Below, piece after piece: positions 30,735 to 41,196 of a stretch of 64,000 nucleotides of DNA. Position numbers and translations under genes: made by a program. The stretch spans positions 1,248,001 to 1,312,000 of the forward strand of contig CAWHIJ010000003.1 in NCBI GenBank assembly GCA_963829525.1, read 5' to 3'. This DNA is from an uncultured Actinomycetota bacterium. Its GTDB lineage: Bacteria; Actinomycetota; Actinomycetes; JAHEKZ01. A model generated the notes under the pieces. It worked only from the letters and a program-made list of their open reading frames with translations, made no database searches and had not been told where the DNA came from. How positions within the stretch are numbered: the stretch's first letter is position 1; every line of letters starts with the position of its first letter.

Positions 30735-31562
30735 ATGCTTGGATCCGGACGCCTTGACGGCGCTGAGGCGCGTGCTCGCCTGCGGTCAATCACCCCTCGG
30801 TGGGTGCCGACCGAAGCCGACATCGACGACGCGGCTCGGGGCCGTGACGCGTCGCCCAGTGCCTCCGCTGCCGGCCCTCTCCCGGGGCTGGGCCGGCACG
30901 CCCTTCCCGAGCGGCAACGGTGGACGTGGCGCCTTGATGCAGCAGCGGCACGTGGACTCATCTCTCTCGCATTGGCCGCTCTGGTTGGTGCGCTCATCGT
31001 GGTCATCGCGGGATGGCCGCGCGGCGATGCAGCCCCTCGCGTTGGAACGGTGCGAGAAGGTAACGAGACTCCAGTGCGGAACGTCCTCGCGCAGCCGTCC
31101 CCCTCATCGTCGACTTCTGGGGTGGTTGTCGTTGACGTTGACGGTGAGGTGCGGCATCCGGGCGTCGTCGAGCTTCCGGGTGGGTCGAGGGTCGTTGACG
31201 CGATCGACGCGGCCGGAGGTGTCAAACCAAAGGGAGATACCGGCGCGCTGAACTTGGCTCAGGTGTTGCTCGACGGAGAACAGGTGGTAGTTCCGAACGA
31301 GGCTGACGCTGCGGGTCCGGCCGAGCAGGGAGCGGTGGCAAGCCCAACGCCAGGAGTCGCTCCGACGACGGGGATGGTCAACCTCAACACCGCCACTGAG
31401 GTTGAGCTCGAGACGCTGCCCGGCATCGGACCGGTCCTGGCCGCCGCGATCGTCGAGTGGCGCACGCAAAACGGCGGCTTCACGTCCATCGAGCAGCTGC
31501 AGGACGTTTCTGGGATCGGACCGAGCACTTTTGCTGACCTTGCTCCGCTCGTAAGCCTGTAG
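30735..31562 (+). CDS. comEA: Competence DNA receptor ComEA
   Basis: TM, SLBB domain (VDVDGEVRHPGVV), HhH motifs (LPGIGP, VSGIGP). Confidence 0.93.
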   Translation: MLGSGRLDGAEARARLRSITPRWVPTEADIDDAARGRDASPSASAAGPLPGLGRHALPERQRWTWRLDAAAARGLISLALAALVGALIVVIAGWPRGDAAPRVGTVREGNETPVRNVLAQPSPSSSTSGVVVVDVDGEVRHPGVVELPGGSRVVDAIDAAGGVKPKGDTGALNLAQVLLDGEQVVVPNEADAAGPAEQGAVASPTPGVAPTTGMVNLNTATEVELETLPGIGPVLAAAIVEWRTQNGGFTSIEQLQDVSGIGPSTFADLAPLVSL

Positions 31563-33868
31563 TGCCAGATCGGCCGTTGGACCTTCGCCTCACACTTCCC
31601 GTCGTAGCGCTTTGGGCCGGGTCCTGGCTTGCGCCGCTGCTCGCACCGCCGATTGTGCTGGTCGTTGCACTGGTTCTTGGACTAGCACTGGTTCTGAGCA
31701 CCCGCTGGCTTGCCGGCCTGGCGATTGCTGCTGTTGCCCTGTTCCTCGTTGGAGCAGCGTCGATGTCGCTGCGTGTGATGCACCTCGACTCCAATCCGCT
31801 ATCGACGTGGGTCGCAGAGCAACGTCACGTGGACATCACCGGGGTTGTGACTTCTGACCCGGAGTTCGAACGCCGCCAGTCGTTCGGAAGCGGCAACCAG
31901 CTGCAGGTGCGGGTCGAGGTCCGTGCTGAGAGCGTGACGTCCGCCGGTGAGGCGCTTGACGTGCGCTCGCCCGTACTGGTCGTTGGTGACGGTGATGGTT
32001 GGCAGGACGTTCGCTTCGGAGACACCATCTCTTTGAGCGGTTCGCCAAGGCCGGCCCCCAAGACGCGCCCGCTGGCCGCCTTCGTCTTCGTCTCCGACGC
32101 CCCGACCGTCGTTGCGCGCGCACCCGGGCCACTGAGGGGGGCTGAGGCGATGCGTCGTGGACTGCGCACGGCGATCGCGGGCGCGGGCGCGGACGCCCAG
32201 GGTCTGTTGCCGGCTCTTGTTGTCGGCGACACCAGTGCGATGCCCCCACTGCTGACGGCCGACCTTCGCAACAGCGGCTTGGCCCACTTGACCGCGGTAT
32301 CAGGCGCCAACGTAGCCATCGTTGTGGGTGTCGCGCTGTCGGCGGCGCGATGGGCAGGGGTGCGCGGCTACGCCCTCGTCTGGGTGGGTCTGATCGTCGT
32401 CGCGTGGTTCGTCATGCTCGCGCGTCCGCAGCCGAGCGTGCTGAGGGCCGCTGTCATGGGGTCACTTGCGCTGGTCGCCGTTGGGATGGTGGGTCGCACC
32501 CAGGCGGTCCGCTCGCTGTTGGCCAGCGCGGCGCTGCTACTGCTCGCTGACCCATGGCTCTCTCGATCTTGGGGCTTTGCTCTGTCGGTAGCCGCTACCG
32601 CTGGTCTGGTGCTGTTGGCCCGGCGGTGGAGCCGCCAGCTGCCCGAACGCTGGCCACTGCCGGTGCGCGAGGCCACCGCCGTTGCCCTGGCCGCCCAGGT
32701 GGCCACGCTTCCCCTGGTCGTTGCTCTGTCGGGTCAACTCGCCGTGTTGTCAGTAGTGGCCAACCTGTTGGCGGCACCTGCGGTGGCCCCGGCCACGGTG
32801 TTGGGGGCCTCCGCCGCGGCTGTCTCGCCAGTGCTGCCGGCGTTGGCCCACGGGTTGGCGTGGCTCGGGCAGTGGCCAACGGCCTGGATCGCGACTGTGG
32901 CACACCGAATAGCGGCCGCGCCGCTGGCCACGTTGCCTTGGCCGGATGGCTGGGTCGGTGGCGTGGTTGGTCTCGGGGTCTCGTTGTTGGGCTCGGCAGT
33001 CTGGTGGGTGGGGAGTGGACGCGGGTGGTGGCGCCCTCGGCATCTACTCCTCTTGGGATTGATCGCTGCGGTTGTCCTTGCGGCGCTCGTGGCGGGTCCT
33101 GGGCGATGGCCGCCGCAGGGGTGGGTGCTGGTTGCCTGCGACGTCGGTCAAGGGGACGCCCTGGTCGTCAACCTTGGCGCGGGGGAAGGTCTCGTCGTCG
33201 ATGCTGGCCCTGAACCTGCCCTGGTCGACCGTTGCCTGGACCGACTCGGAATCGAAAGGGTGCCGTTGCTGGTGCTGACGCACTTCCACGCCGACCACGT
33301 CGACGGTCTTCCAGGGGTGATCGATGGTCGACGCGTCGAGTCGGTTCTGGTCAGCCCTCTTCGCGACCCACCCGAGCAAGTCGACATGGTGGCTGCCGCT
33401 ACGGCCGAGATGACGGTCACCGACGCCGTCCCCGGCCAGACCGGGCAGTGGGGGGCGGCGACCTGGCGTGTGCTCTGGCCAGTCGAGCTCATCAGGGGAG
33501 ACGGCTCCGACGCCAACAATGCCTCTGTCGTACTTCTTGTCGAGGTCTCTGGCATCCGCATGCTGCTAACCGGTGATGTCGAACCAGCCGCACAGCAAGC
33601 GATGCTGCACGAAGGCGGTGTGCCTCAGGCTGACGTGCTCAAGGTTCCGCATCACGGATCGCGGTTCCAGGATGAGAGCTTCCTCTCGGCCGTCGGTGCC
33701 CGAGTGGCGGTGATCAGTGTGGGGGAGAGCAATCCTTACGGGCATCCGTCGCCTGAGTTGATCGACTCGCTCACAGACGCGGGGGTGCTTGTTGCTCGGA
33801 CCGATACCGACGGCAGCCTGGCGGTCGTGGTCGACGGCGAAGACCTCCGGGTGGTCGGGCTGGGTTGA
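31562..33868 (+). CDS. comEC: Competence channel ComEC/Rec2
   Basis: HLTAVSGAN, PSVLRAAVMG, DVGQGD, THFHADH, KVPHHGS, NPYGHP. Confidence 0.95.
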   Translation: MPDRPLDLRLTLPVVALWAGSWLAPLLAPPIVLVVALVLGLALVLSTRWLAGLAIAAVALFLVGAASMSLRVMHLDSNPLSTWVAEQRHVDITGVVTSDPEFERRQSFGSGNQLQVRVEVRAESVTSAGEALDVRSPVLVVGDGDGWQDVRFGDTISLSGSPRPAPKTRPLAAFVFVSDAPTVVARAPGPLRGAEAMRRGLRTAIAGAGADAQGLLPALVVGDTSAMPPLLTADLRNSGLAHLTAVSGANVAIVVGVALSAARWAGVRGYALVWVGLIVVAWFVMLARPQPSVLRAAVMGSLALVAVGMVGRTQAVRSLLASAALLLLADPWLSRSWGFALSVAATAGLVLLARRWSRQLPERWPLPVREATAVALAAQVATLPLVVALSGQLAVLSVVANLLAAPAVAPATVLGASAAAVSPVLPALAHGLAWLGQWPTAWIATVAHRIAAAPLATLPWPDGWVGGVVGLGVSLLGSAVWWVGSGRGWWRPRHLLLLGLIAAVVLAALVAGPGRWPPQGWVLVACDVGQGDALVVNLGAGEGLVVDAGPEPALVDRCLDRLGIERVPLLVLTHFHADHVDGLPGVIDGRRVESVLVSPLRDPPEQVDMVAAATAEMTVTDAVPGQTGQWGAATWRVLWPVELIRGDGSDANNASVVLLVEVSGIRMLLTGDVEPAAQQAMLHEGGVPQADVLKVPHHGSRFQDESFLSAVGARVAVISVGESNPYGHPSPELIDSLTDAGVLVARTDTDGSLAVVVDGEDLRVVGLG

Positions 33869-33920
33869 GCAAGCGGCGCATCAGGCGTGCGCAGACTGCC
33901 CGTCAGCTCGGTGCTGCCCG

Positions 33921-35402
33921 CTACCCGGATGTGGGGACACCAACGTCGTGTTGCGCCAGTGCGTGCCGGTCGGCGTTGATCAGGACCGCCGACACGATGG
34001 CGGCCACGCCGAGGACTCCGGCGGATACGGCGAATGCGACCGCGAAGCCGTGGACCACCCCTGCCTGAGCGGATTCTGGACCGTTCGCCGTGATGTACGC
34101 AGCCGTAGCTGAGGCCGCGATGGTATTCATCACGGCGATACCGAGCGAACCACCGATCTGCTGAGTCGTGTTGAGCAATCCTGAAGCGACACCGGCATCG
34201 TGAGGGGAGACCCCGAACAACGCGGTGGCCGCCAACGAGACGAACACGAACCCGAGGCCCAGGCTCATCAAGGCCAGAGCCGGCAAGATGTGGGTGAGGT
34301 ACTGCGGTGTCGTGTCGAGTTGGGTGAGCCATAGCATGCCGAGGGTCGCTCCCACCAGGCCACCCGTAACGAGTGGCCGCGGCCCGAACCTTGGGAGCAG
34401 TTGGCTGGCCAACCCGGCGCTGATGATGATGCCGATCGAGAAGGGCAGGAACGCAAAGCCCGACTTCAAGGCGGAGTATCCGAGTACGCCCTGGAAGTAG
34501 TAGCTCAGTAACAGGAACATGGCGAATAGCCCACCGGCGGTCAAAAACATCGTGACGAAGGAACCGCCCCGGTTGCGATCCTCTACGACGCGGCTCGGTA
34601 GGAGCGGATTGCGGGTTCGCACTTCGATGACTCTGAAGGCCACAAGCAGCGCGACGGCGAGCGCGAACAGCGTGAGCGTGACTGGGTCAGCCCAGCCATC
34701 GGTGCCTGCCTTGGTGATTCCGTAAACCAAGGTGACAAGACCAAGAGTTGCGGTGACCGCACCGGGAATGTCGTAACTGGTGTCGCCAGGCGCACGGCTC
34801 TCCTTGACGAATGGGATAGCCAACGCGACTGTGAGCAGCGCAAACGGAACGTTGACGAGAAGGCACCAGCGCCAGGATGCGTACTCGGTGAGGATGCCCC
34901 CCACAATCAGCCCGATGGCGGCGCCGCCGCCGGAGATGGCGCCATAGACACCGAAGGCCTTGGCTCGCTCCTTGCTCTCGGTGAACGTAACGGTAATCAA
35001 GGACAGTGCGGCTGGAGCCAGTAGAGCGGCGAATACCCCCTGTAGAGCACGCGCCCCGAACAGCAGCCCTGCGTTCGGCGCAAGGCCACCCAACGCTGAT
35101 GCGAATGCGAAGCCGACAAGACCAAGCATGAAGGTGCGCTTGCGTCCCCAGTAGTCAGCGATTCGACCGCCGAGAAGCAACAGGCCACCAAACGCCAGCG
35201 TGTAGGCGGTAACAACCCATTGCCGGTCCGAGTCGGTGATCCCGAGGTCTTGCTGTGCTGAGGGCAGTGCGATGTTGACGATGGACGCGTCCAGGATGAC
35301 CATTAGCTGCGCCATCGCGATCACGAACAGAGCACGCCAACGCTTGGGATCGGGCGCTTCGGGGGTTACCTCAGAACGGGCGTCAGGCGAGTTCGAGGAC
35401 AC
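33921..35402 (-). CDS. DHA2 (EmrB/QacA-type) MFS efflux transporter
   Basis: LDASIVNIALP, GGRIADYWGRKR (motif A), WRWCLLVNVP; strong GGAGGAGAGG RBS. Confidence 0.93.
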   Translation of the reverse strand: MSSNSPDARSEVTPEAPDPKRWRALFVIAMAQLMVILDASIVNIALPSAQQDLGITDSDRQWVVTAYTLAFGGLLLLGGRIADYWGRKRTFMLGLVGFAFASALGGLAPNAGLLFGARALQGVFAALLAPAALSLITVTFTESKERAKAFGVYGAISGGGAAIGLIVGGILTEYASWRWCLLVNVPFALLTVALAIPFVKESRAPGDTSYDIPGAVTATLGLVTLVYGITKAGTDGWADPVTLTLFALAVALLVAFRVIEVRTRNPLLPSRVVEDRNRGGSFVTMFLTAGGLFAMFLLLSYYFQGVLGYSALKSGFAFLPFSIGIIISAGLASQLLPRFGPRPLVTGGLVGATLGMLWLTQLDTTPQYLTHILPALALMSLGLGFVFVSLAATALFGVSPHDAGVASGLLNTTQQIGGSLGIAVMNTIAASATAAYITANGPESAQAGVVHGFAVAFAVSAGVLGVAAIVSAVLINADRHALAQHDVGVPTSG

Positions 35403-35600
35403 AGTGCGCCTCTCCTCCCCAGGCGGCGAGAGGAGCAGTGCTCTTCAGCACTCCGTGGCTCTGGACGACGGGGTACGGGGACTTTGTCACGTTCGAACCG
35501 AACCTTAGCGAAGACCTCGCTATTCCTGATCTCTGGAGGGACTTGAGGCGGCGAGGCCGGATTCAGCTGTCGGCCATCTCCGAAGGGATGCTCGACGAGA

Positions 35601-35627
35601 TCACCGAAGTTCAGAAGTTCCGACCAT
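35601..35627 (-). other. Candidate uORF MVGTSELR* upstream of the MFS gene
   Basis: AGGAGG RBS 8 nt before the ATG at 35627; TGA after eight codons. Confidence 0.4.
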
Positions 35628-35798
35628 GCCGCCAACCTCCTAGAACGCGAGACATGTTCCGCATGAACGACGCGCACCGTCGCTGTGCAGGTAACCATCT
35701 CCCGGAAGCGATGTACCTGAAACTTGAGACAGTAGCCGCGCGGTCGGGCACAGGAGTGGGGCCGTGCTCCGTCGGTGGCATCTGAGATGCTGGCCGGG

Positions 35799-36791
35799 AT
35801 GACCGTACAGCCGCTCACCGTGATCACCGGCAACGAAGAGTTGCTCGTCGAGCGCGCGCTCAAGGAGCTCATGGCCGAGGTGGTCGGTCCCGAGGCAGAG
35901 GTCATTGAGCTCTCGGCTCGGGCGCTGCAGCCGGGCCAGCTCGGTGTGGCCGCGTCGCCGTCGCTCTTCGGCGGCCCCCCCATCGTTGTCATCGATGGCA
36001 TCGAGAACCTGGTGCAGTCCAACCCTGACGTCGCGGCAGCCCTGGACGAAGTCATGGCTTACATCGCCGCCCCAAGTCCGGACGCCATCGTGGTCCTGGT
36101 GCACGGCGGCGGAAACGGTGGCAAGGGTGTCCTGAACGCCGCCAAGAAGGCGGGCGCGGAAACGGTGACAACGCCGACGTCCCCTTCCGGGGCGAACCAG
36201 CTGCGCCAGAACCGGGCCGGGTTCGTCAAGACCGAGCTCGCCAACCTCAGCTGTCATGCCGACCAGGCGGCCATCGAGGTTCTGATCAATGCCGTCGGCA
36301 CCAAGCTGCGTGATCTCTCCGGTGCGTGCGCCCAGCTGGTCAGCGACCTCGGGACCGGTGGCCGACTAGACGAAGAGGCGGTCCGCCGCTACTACGGTGG
36401 CCGGGTCGAGGTGCAGGGCTTCGACATCGCCGACCAGGTAATTGCCGGCCGCACGGCTGAGGCTCTCGGGTTGTTGCGCCACGCCCGCGAGTCCGGCGTC
36501 CCCGCCGTGCTGGTGACCGCGGCGCTCGGGCGGTCGCTTCGGCAGCTGGCCCTCGTTGCGACAGCGCCGCGAGGGGCGTCGGCCGACTCGGTCGCGGCAA
36601 TGGCAGGAGCTCCCGCTTGGAGGGTGAAGGACATTCGAGTTTTGGCTCGAGACTGGTCTGAGCCGGGACTCGCGTCCGCGATCAAGGCTGTTGCGGTGGC
36701 AGACACCGACGTCAAGACCGGGGCGGTAGACCCCGAGTACGCGCTGGAGCGAATGCTGATCACGGTGGGACGCGCCCGGCGCCAGCACTGA
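35799..36791 (+). CDS. holA: DNA polymerase III delta subunit
   Basis: GNEELLVERA, SPSLFG, C-terminal DTDVKTG..DPEYALE; comEC-holA-rpsT synteny. Confidence 0.9.
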   Translation: MTVQPLTVITGNEELLVERALKELMAEVVGPEAEVIELSARALQPGQLGVAASPSLFGGPPIVVIDGIENLVQSNPDVAAALDEVMAYIAAPSPDAIVVLVHGGGNGGKGVLNAAKKAGAETVTTPTSPSGANQLRQNRAGFVKTELANLSCHADQAAIEVLINAVGTKLRDLSGACAQLVSDLGTGGRLDEEAVRRYYGGRVEVQGFDIADQVIAGRTAEALGLLRHARESGVPAVLVTAALGRSLRQLALVATAPRGASADSVAAMAGAPAWRVKDIRVLARDWSEPGLASAIKAVAVADTDVKTGAVDPEYALERMLITVGRARRQH

Positions 36792-36822
36792 GCCGTCGAA
36801 GATCTGGAGCCCGAAAGGGCAG

Positions 36823-36846
36823 AAAAAAGCCGCGCGGTGCGCGGCT
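36823..36846 (-). terminator. Intrinsic terminator of rpsT
   Basis: A6 followed by GCCGCGC-GGT-GCGCGGC on +, giving a hairpin with U6 on -. Confidence 0.75.
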
Positions 36847-36882
36847 CTCCTCTAGCTGCCGGCCACTGCCGGCGGGGGCGTC

Positions 36883-37146
36883 CTAGGCAACCTTGGCCAG
36901 GCGAGCGGCCATGCGGGACTTCTTGTTGGCGGCCTGGTTGGCATGGATGACACCCTTGCTGGCTGCCTTGTCGACCAGCTGGGAGGCGTCACGCATCAGC
37001 GCCTCGGCCTGAGCCTTGTCACCGGCGTCCGCGGCTTCGCGGAACTTGCGGATTGCCGTCTTGAACTCGGACTTGACGGCCTTGTTGCGGTCCGTTGCCT
37101 TAGCGTTCTGCCGGTTGCGCTTGATCTGGGACTTGATGTTCGCCAC
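36883..37146 (-). CDS. rpsT: 30S ribosomal protein S20
   Basis: (M)[12 protein letters not shown]...[14 protein letters not shown]. Confidence 0.97.
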   Translation of the reverse strand: MANIKSQIKRNRQNAKATDRNKAVKSEFKTAIRKFREAADAGDKAQAEALMRDASQLVDKAASKGVIHANQAANKKSRMAARLAKVA

Positions 37147-37401
37147 GGTGCGTTTTGCCTCAGTTCTCGGGGTGAGGTTCTTCAGGTAATCGGTTTTGTC
37201 GGGCTCGCGCCGGTGGGTCGGGCGAGCCGACGGCCACACAGGCCCTTCACGATACCGGCCAGCCTGCGCGGTCACCAAACTGGCTCAGAAGCCGGGCGCT
37301 TCGTGACCTGTGGGGCCACCACCGATCAGTGCCTTAGCTCTTTGACGTGGGACAATGGAGCGTCCCCGCCGGCCCCCTGACCCATTCCCGAAGGAAGCTG
37401 C

Positions 37402-39255
37402 GTGCCCGCGACCCCTGACGGCCGAGTGCCGCAAGCGGCGTCCACCGATCCTTCGGTGATTCGCAACTTCTGCATCATCGCTCACATCGATCACGGCAAG
37501 TCCACCCTCGCCGACCGCATGTTGCAGGCGACCGGCGTCGTCGACCAGCGCCTCATGCGGGCCCAGTACCTCGACCGGATGGACATCGAACGTGAACGCG
37601 GAATCACCATCAAGTCACAGGCCGTCCGCCTGCCGTGGACGGGCCCAACGGGCACCGACCACATCCTGAACATGATCGACACCCCTGGACACGTCGACTT
37701 CACGTATGAGGTCTCGCGCTCCCTGGCTGCCTGCGAGGGCGCTGTGCTCCTTGTCGACGCCGCGCAGGGCATCGAGGCGCAGACGCTGGCCAACCTCTAT
37801 CTGGCGCTCGAGAACGACTTGCAGGTCATCCCGGTGCTCAACAAGATCGACCTGCCGGCGGCGCAACCTGACAAGTACGCAGAAGAGCTGGCCCACTTGA
37901 TCGGTTGCCAGCCCGAGGACTGTTTGCGTGTGTCCGGCAAGACGGGCGACGGCGTCGAACGGCTGCTCGACGAGATCGTCACGCTCGTCCCGGCACCGGT
38001 TGGCGATCCCAATGCCGCAGCGCGGGCGATGATCTTTGACTCCGTCTACGACACCTATCGTGGAGTCGTCACCTATGTGCGCGTGATCGATGGCCGGCTT
38101 ACCCCGCGTGAGAAGATCAAGATGATGTCGACCGGCGTGACGCACGAGATGCTCGACATCGGCGTCATCTCACCTGAGCCCGTGCCGACGCAGGGGCTAG
38201 GGGTCGGCGAGGTGGGCTACCTCATCACCGGCGTCAAGGACGTGCGGCAGTCGAGGGTCGGCGACACCGTCACCGACGCCCCCAAGCCAGCTACCCAGGC
38301 GCTCCCTGGCTTTCGCGACCCTAAACCGATGGTGTTCTCGGGTCTCTTCCCGATCGACGGCTCCGACTACCCCGAGCTGCGCGACGCCCTCGAGCGGCTG
38401 CAGCTGAACGACGCCGCCCTGGTGTGGGAACCGGAGACATCGACGGCCCTTGGTTTTGGCTTCAGATGTGGCTACCTCGGGCTGCTGCACCTCGAGATCG
38501 TGCGGGAGCGCCTTGAGCGTGAGTCCAACTTGGAGCTGATCTCCACGGCGCCGAACGTGGTCTACCGCGTGGTCATGGAGGACGGCTCGGAGATCGTCGT
38601 CACGAACCCCAGCGAGTTTCCAGTCGGCAAGATCGCCGAGGTGTATGAACCGGTCGTGCGGGCAACGGTGCTGGCGCCGTCGGAGTTCATCGGCACGATC
38701 ATGGAGCTTTGTCAGGGACGACGCGGCCAGCTGCTGGGCATGGACTACCTCTCGGAGGAACGCGTCGAGCTGCGTTACATGCTGCCGCTAGCCGAGATCG
38801 TCTTCGACTTCTTCGACTTGTTGAAGTCACGCACGCGCGGGTACGCGTCCCTCGACTACGAACAGAAGGGCGAGCAGGCGGCCGAGCTCGTCAAGGTGGA
38901 CATTCTTCTGCACGGCGATGCCGTCGACGCGTTCAGTGCCGTCGTGCACAAGGACAAGGCTTACGCGTACGGCGTCGCCATGGCCCAGAAGCTCAAAGAC
39001 CTCATTCCACGGCAACAGTTCGAGGTGCCGATCCAGGCGGCCATTGGTGCCAGGATCATTGCCCGCGAGAACATCCGGGCGATTCGGAAGGACGTCCTGG
39101 CCAAGTGCTACGGCGGTGACATCTCGCGTAAGCGCAAGCTGCTCGAGAAGCAGAAAGAGGGAAAGAAGCGGATGAAGATGGTGGGCCGCGTCGAGGTGCC
39201 GCAGGAAGCCTTTATCGCCGCGCTCTCCAACGAAGACACCACTGCCAAGAAGTAG
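37402..39255 (+). CDS. lepA: Elongation factor 4
   Basis: [39 protein letters not shown]. Confidence 0.98.
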   Translation: MPATPDGRVPQAASTDPSVIRNFCIIAHIDHGKSTLADRMLQATGVVDQRLMRAQYLDRMDIERERGITIKSQAVRLPWTGPTGTDHILNMIDTPGHVDFTYEVSRSLAACEGAVLLVDAAQGIEAQTLANLYLALENDLQVIPVLNKIDLPAAQPDKYAEELAHLIGCQPEDCLRVSGKTGDGVERLLDEIVTLVPAPVGDPNAAARAMIFDSVYDTYRGVVTYVRVIDGRLTPREKIKMMSTGVTHEMLDIGVISPEPVPTQGLGVGEVGYLITGVKDVRQSRVGDTVTDAPKPATQALPGFRDPKPMVFSGLFPIDGSDYPELRDALERLQLNDAALVWEPETSTALGFGFRCGYLGLLHLEIVRERLERESNLELISTAPNVVYRVVMEDGSEIVVTNPSEFPVGKIAEVYEPVVRATVLAPSEFIGTIMELCQGRRGQLLGMDYLSEERVELRYMLPLAEIVFDFFDLLKSRTRGYASLDYEQKGEQAAELVKVDILLHGDAVDAFSAVVHKDKAYAYGVAMAQKLKDLIPRQQFEVPIQAAIGARIIARENIRAIRKDVLAKCYGGDISRKRKLLEKQKEGKKRMKMVGRVEVPQEAFIAALSNEDTTAKK

Positions 39256-39262
39256 CCCAGAG

Positions 39263-39289
39263 CAGGGTTTGCCGAAAAGGCGAACCTTG
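39263..39289 (+). terminator. Hairpin after lepA
   Basis: CAGGGTTTGCC-GAAAA-GGCGAACCTTG; no U tract. Confidence 0.5.
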
Positions 39290-39360
39290 GTGCGTGAGTC
39301 CAGTGGTGCGGACGCCCCCCGCTGCCTACGCTGGCCACACCGCGACTATCGGAGGACCGA

Positions 39361-41196
39361 ATGACGATGCCGATCACCGGCAGCGCCGAAGCTAGTTATC
39401 CCCGTCCGGCGCGCTCGGTCGCGCGGATGCTCGTGGACCGCGTCGATGCGACGCCGCGGCGTGAGGCTTTGCGGTTCCCCACAGATCACGGTTGGGAGTC
39501 ACTCAGCTGGGACCAGGTCGGCCAACAGTCCTACGACCTGGCTGCAGGGCTGCTGGCGCTGGGGCTCACCAGCGAGCAGCGGGTCGCGCTGATCTGCTCC
39601 ACCCGGTACGAGTGGATCCTCGCCGACCTCGCCGTCATGTGTGCCGGGGGAGCCACGACGGCGGTTTACCCCTCGACCGAGCAGAGTGATGTCGCCTACA
39701 TCGTTGCCGACTCGGGCAGCCGGTTCGTCTTCGCCGAGAACGACACCCAGGTGTCCAAGCTGAGGGCCACGCGCCACGAGCTGCCTGCCGTCGAAAAGGT
39801 CATCGTCATCGATGGCGATGGGGATGGCGACTGGGTGATCTCGTGGCGCGACCTCGCCCGCCTCGGGGCCGACCACCTGCGCGCCCATCCGGCCGCGGTC
39901 GACGGCGTGATCGCAACGATCGAGCCCGACCACCTTGCCACGCTGATCTACACCTCAGGCACGACGGGCCGCCCCAAGGGGGTCGAGCTCGCCCAGTCGT
40001 GCTGGACGTATGAGGGCGCCTGCATCGACGCTGTGGAGATCTTGACCCTTGAAGATGTCCAGTTCCTCTGGCTGCCGCTCTCACACTCGTTCGGCAAGGT
40101 GCTACTGGCGGCGATGTTGCAGATCGGGTTCGCGACGGCTGTCGATGGTCGGGTGGACAAGATCGCCGACGGGCTTGCAGAGGTCCAGCCCACCTTCATG
40201 GCCGGTGCTCCGCGAATCTTCGAGAAGGTGCGGGCCAGGGTCATTCAGACCGCGATCGGGGAAGGTGGAGCCAAGGCGTCGATCGCCCAGTGGGCCTTTG
40301 CCGTTGGACTTCAGGTATCCCGTCGGCGCCAGAAGGGCTTGGAGCCGGTCGGGCTGCTGAAAGTGCAGTACGCCATCGCTGACGCCCTTGTCTTCAAGAA
40401 GATCCGTGGTCGCCTGGGCGGAAGGATCCGCTACCTCGTTTCTGGAAGTGCTGCTCTGAGTGGCGACGTGGCCGAGTGGTTCGAAGCTGCCGGCCTGCTC
40501 ATCCTCGAAGGTTACGGACTCACCGAGACCAGCGCCGGAACGTGTCTGAACCGTCCGCACAACTGGGCCTTCGACACAGTGGGAGAGCCCTTTCCGGGCA
40601 GTGAGATCCGGATCGCCGCTGACGGCGAGATCCAGGTTCGCGGACCCGGGGTCATGCGCGGATACCACCACATGCCAGAGCAGACAGCCGCGGTGCTGGA
40701 CGCTGACGGCTGGTTCTCAACCGGCGACGTCGGCGAGATTGATGCGGGTGGCCGGGTGCGGATCACCGACCGGAAGAAGGACCTCGTCAAGACGTCTGGT
40801 GGCAAGTACATTGCCCCCTCGGTGATCGAGGCCCGCCTCAAGGCATCCAGCCCGATCGTCGGCCACGCCGTTGTTCATGCCGACAAGCGCAACTTCGCTA
40901 GCGCGCTCATAACCCTCGATCCCGATACCGCTCCGCAGTGGGCCGAGAGCGAAGGCATCACCGGTGACTATGTCTCCCTCACCGACAACGCCCAGGTGCG
41001 TACCCACCTCCAAGAGCGGATCGACGAGCTCAACAAGTCACTCAACCGCTGGGAAACTATCAAGCAGTTTCGGGTACTCGACCATGACTTCACAGTCGAG
41101 ACCGGCGAGCTGACGCCGAGCCAGAAGGTCAAGAGAAGAGTGGTGGAGAACATGTACTCAGACATTCTCGACGGCATGTACGTGGGGTCGAAGTGA
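39361..41196 (+). CDS. Long-chain fatty acyl-CoA synthetase (AMP-binding)
   Basis: YTSGTTGRPKG, GYGLTE, TGD, DRKKDLVKTSGGK. Confidence 0.92.
   Translation: MTMPITGSAEASYPRPARSVARMLVDRVDATPRREALRFPTDHGWESLSWDQVGQQSYDLAAGLLALGLTSEQRVALICSTRYEWILADLAVMCAGGATTAVYPSTEQSDVAYIVADSGSRFVFAENDTQVSKLRATRHELPAVEKVIVIDGDGDGDWVISWRDLARLGADHLRAHPAAVDGVIATIEPDHLATLIYTSGTTGRPKGVELAQSCWTYEGACIDAVEILTLEDVQFLWLPLSHSFGKVLLAAMLQIGFATAVDGRVDKIADGLAEVQPTFMAGAPRIFEKVRARVIQTAIGEGGAKASIAQWAFAVGLQVSRRRQKGLEPVGLLKVQYAIADALVFKKIRGRLGGRIRYLVSGSAALSGDVAEWFEAAGLLILEGYGLTETSAGTCLNRPHNWAFDTVGEPFPGSEIRIAADGEIQVRGPGVMRGYHHMPEQTAAVLDADGWFSTGDVGEIDAGGRVRITDRKKDLVKTSGGKYIAPSVIEARLKASSPIVGHAVVHADKRNFASALITLDPDTAPQWAESEGITGDYVSLTDNAQVRTHLQERIDELNKSLNRWETIKQFRVLDHDFTVETGELTPSQKVKRRVVENMYSDILDGMYVGSK

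Noticed and set aside
35450-35575. Guanidine-III or c-di-AMP (ydaO) riboswitch upstream of the MFS gene
   Set aside because: Only fragments match (CCGTACCC...ACGG; GCTGAATCC); the other conserved core nucleotides are missing.
35520-35627. Selenocysteine read-through of the uORF TGA
   Set aside because: The extended peptide has no selenoprotein-like motif and there are no sel genes in the window.
35438-35785. 115-aa plus-strand ORF in the MFS-holA spacer
   Set aside because: No recognisable motif, atypical codon usage, poor SD spacing, and it starts only 35 nt from the divergent MFS start; not fully excluded.
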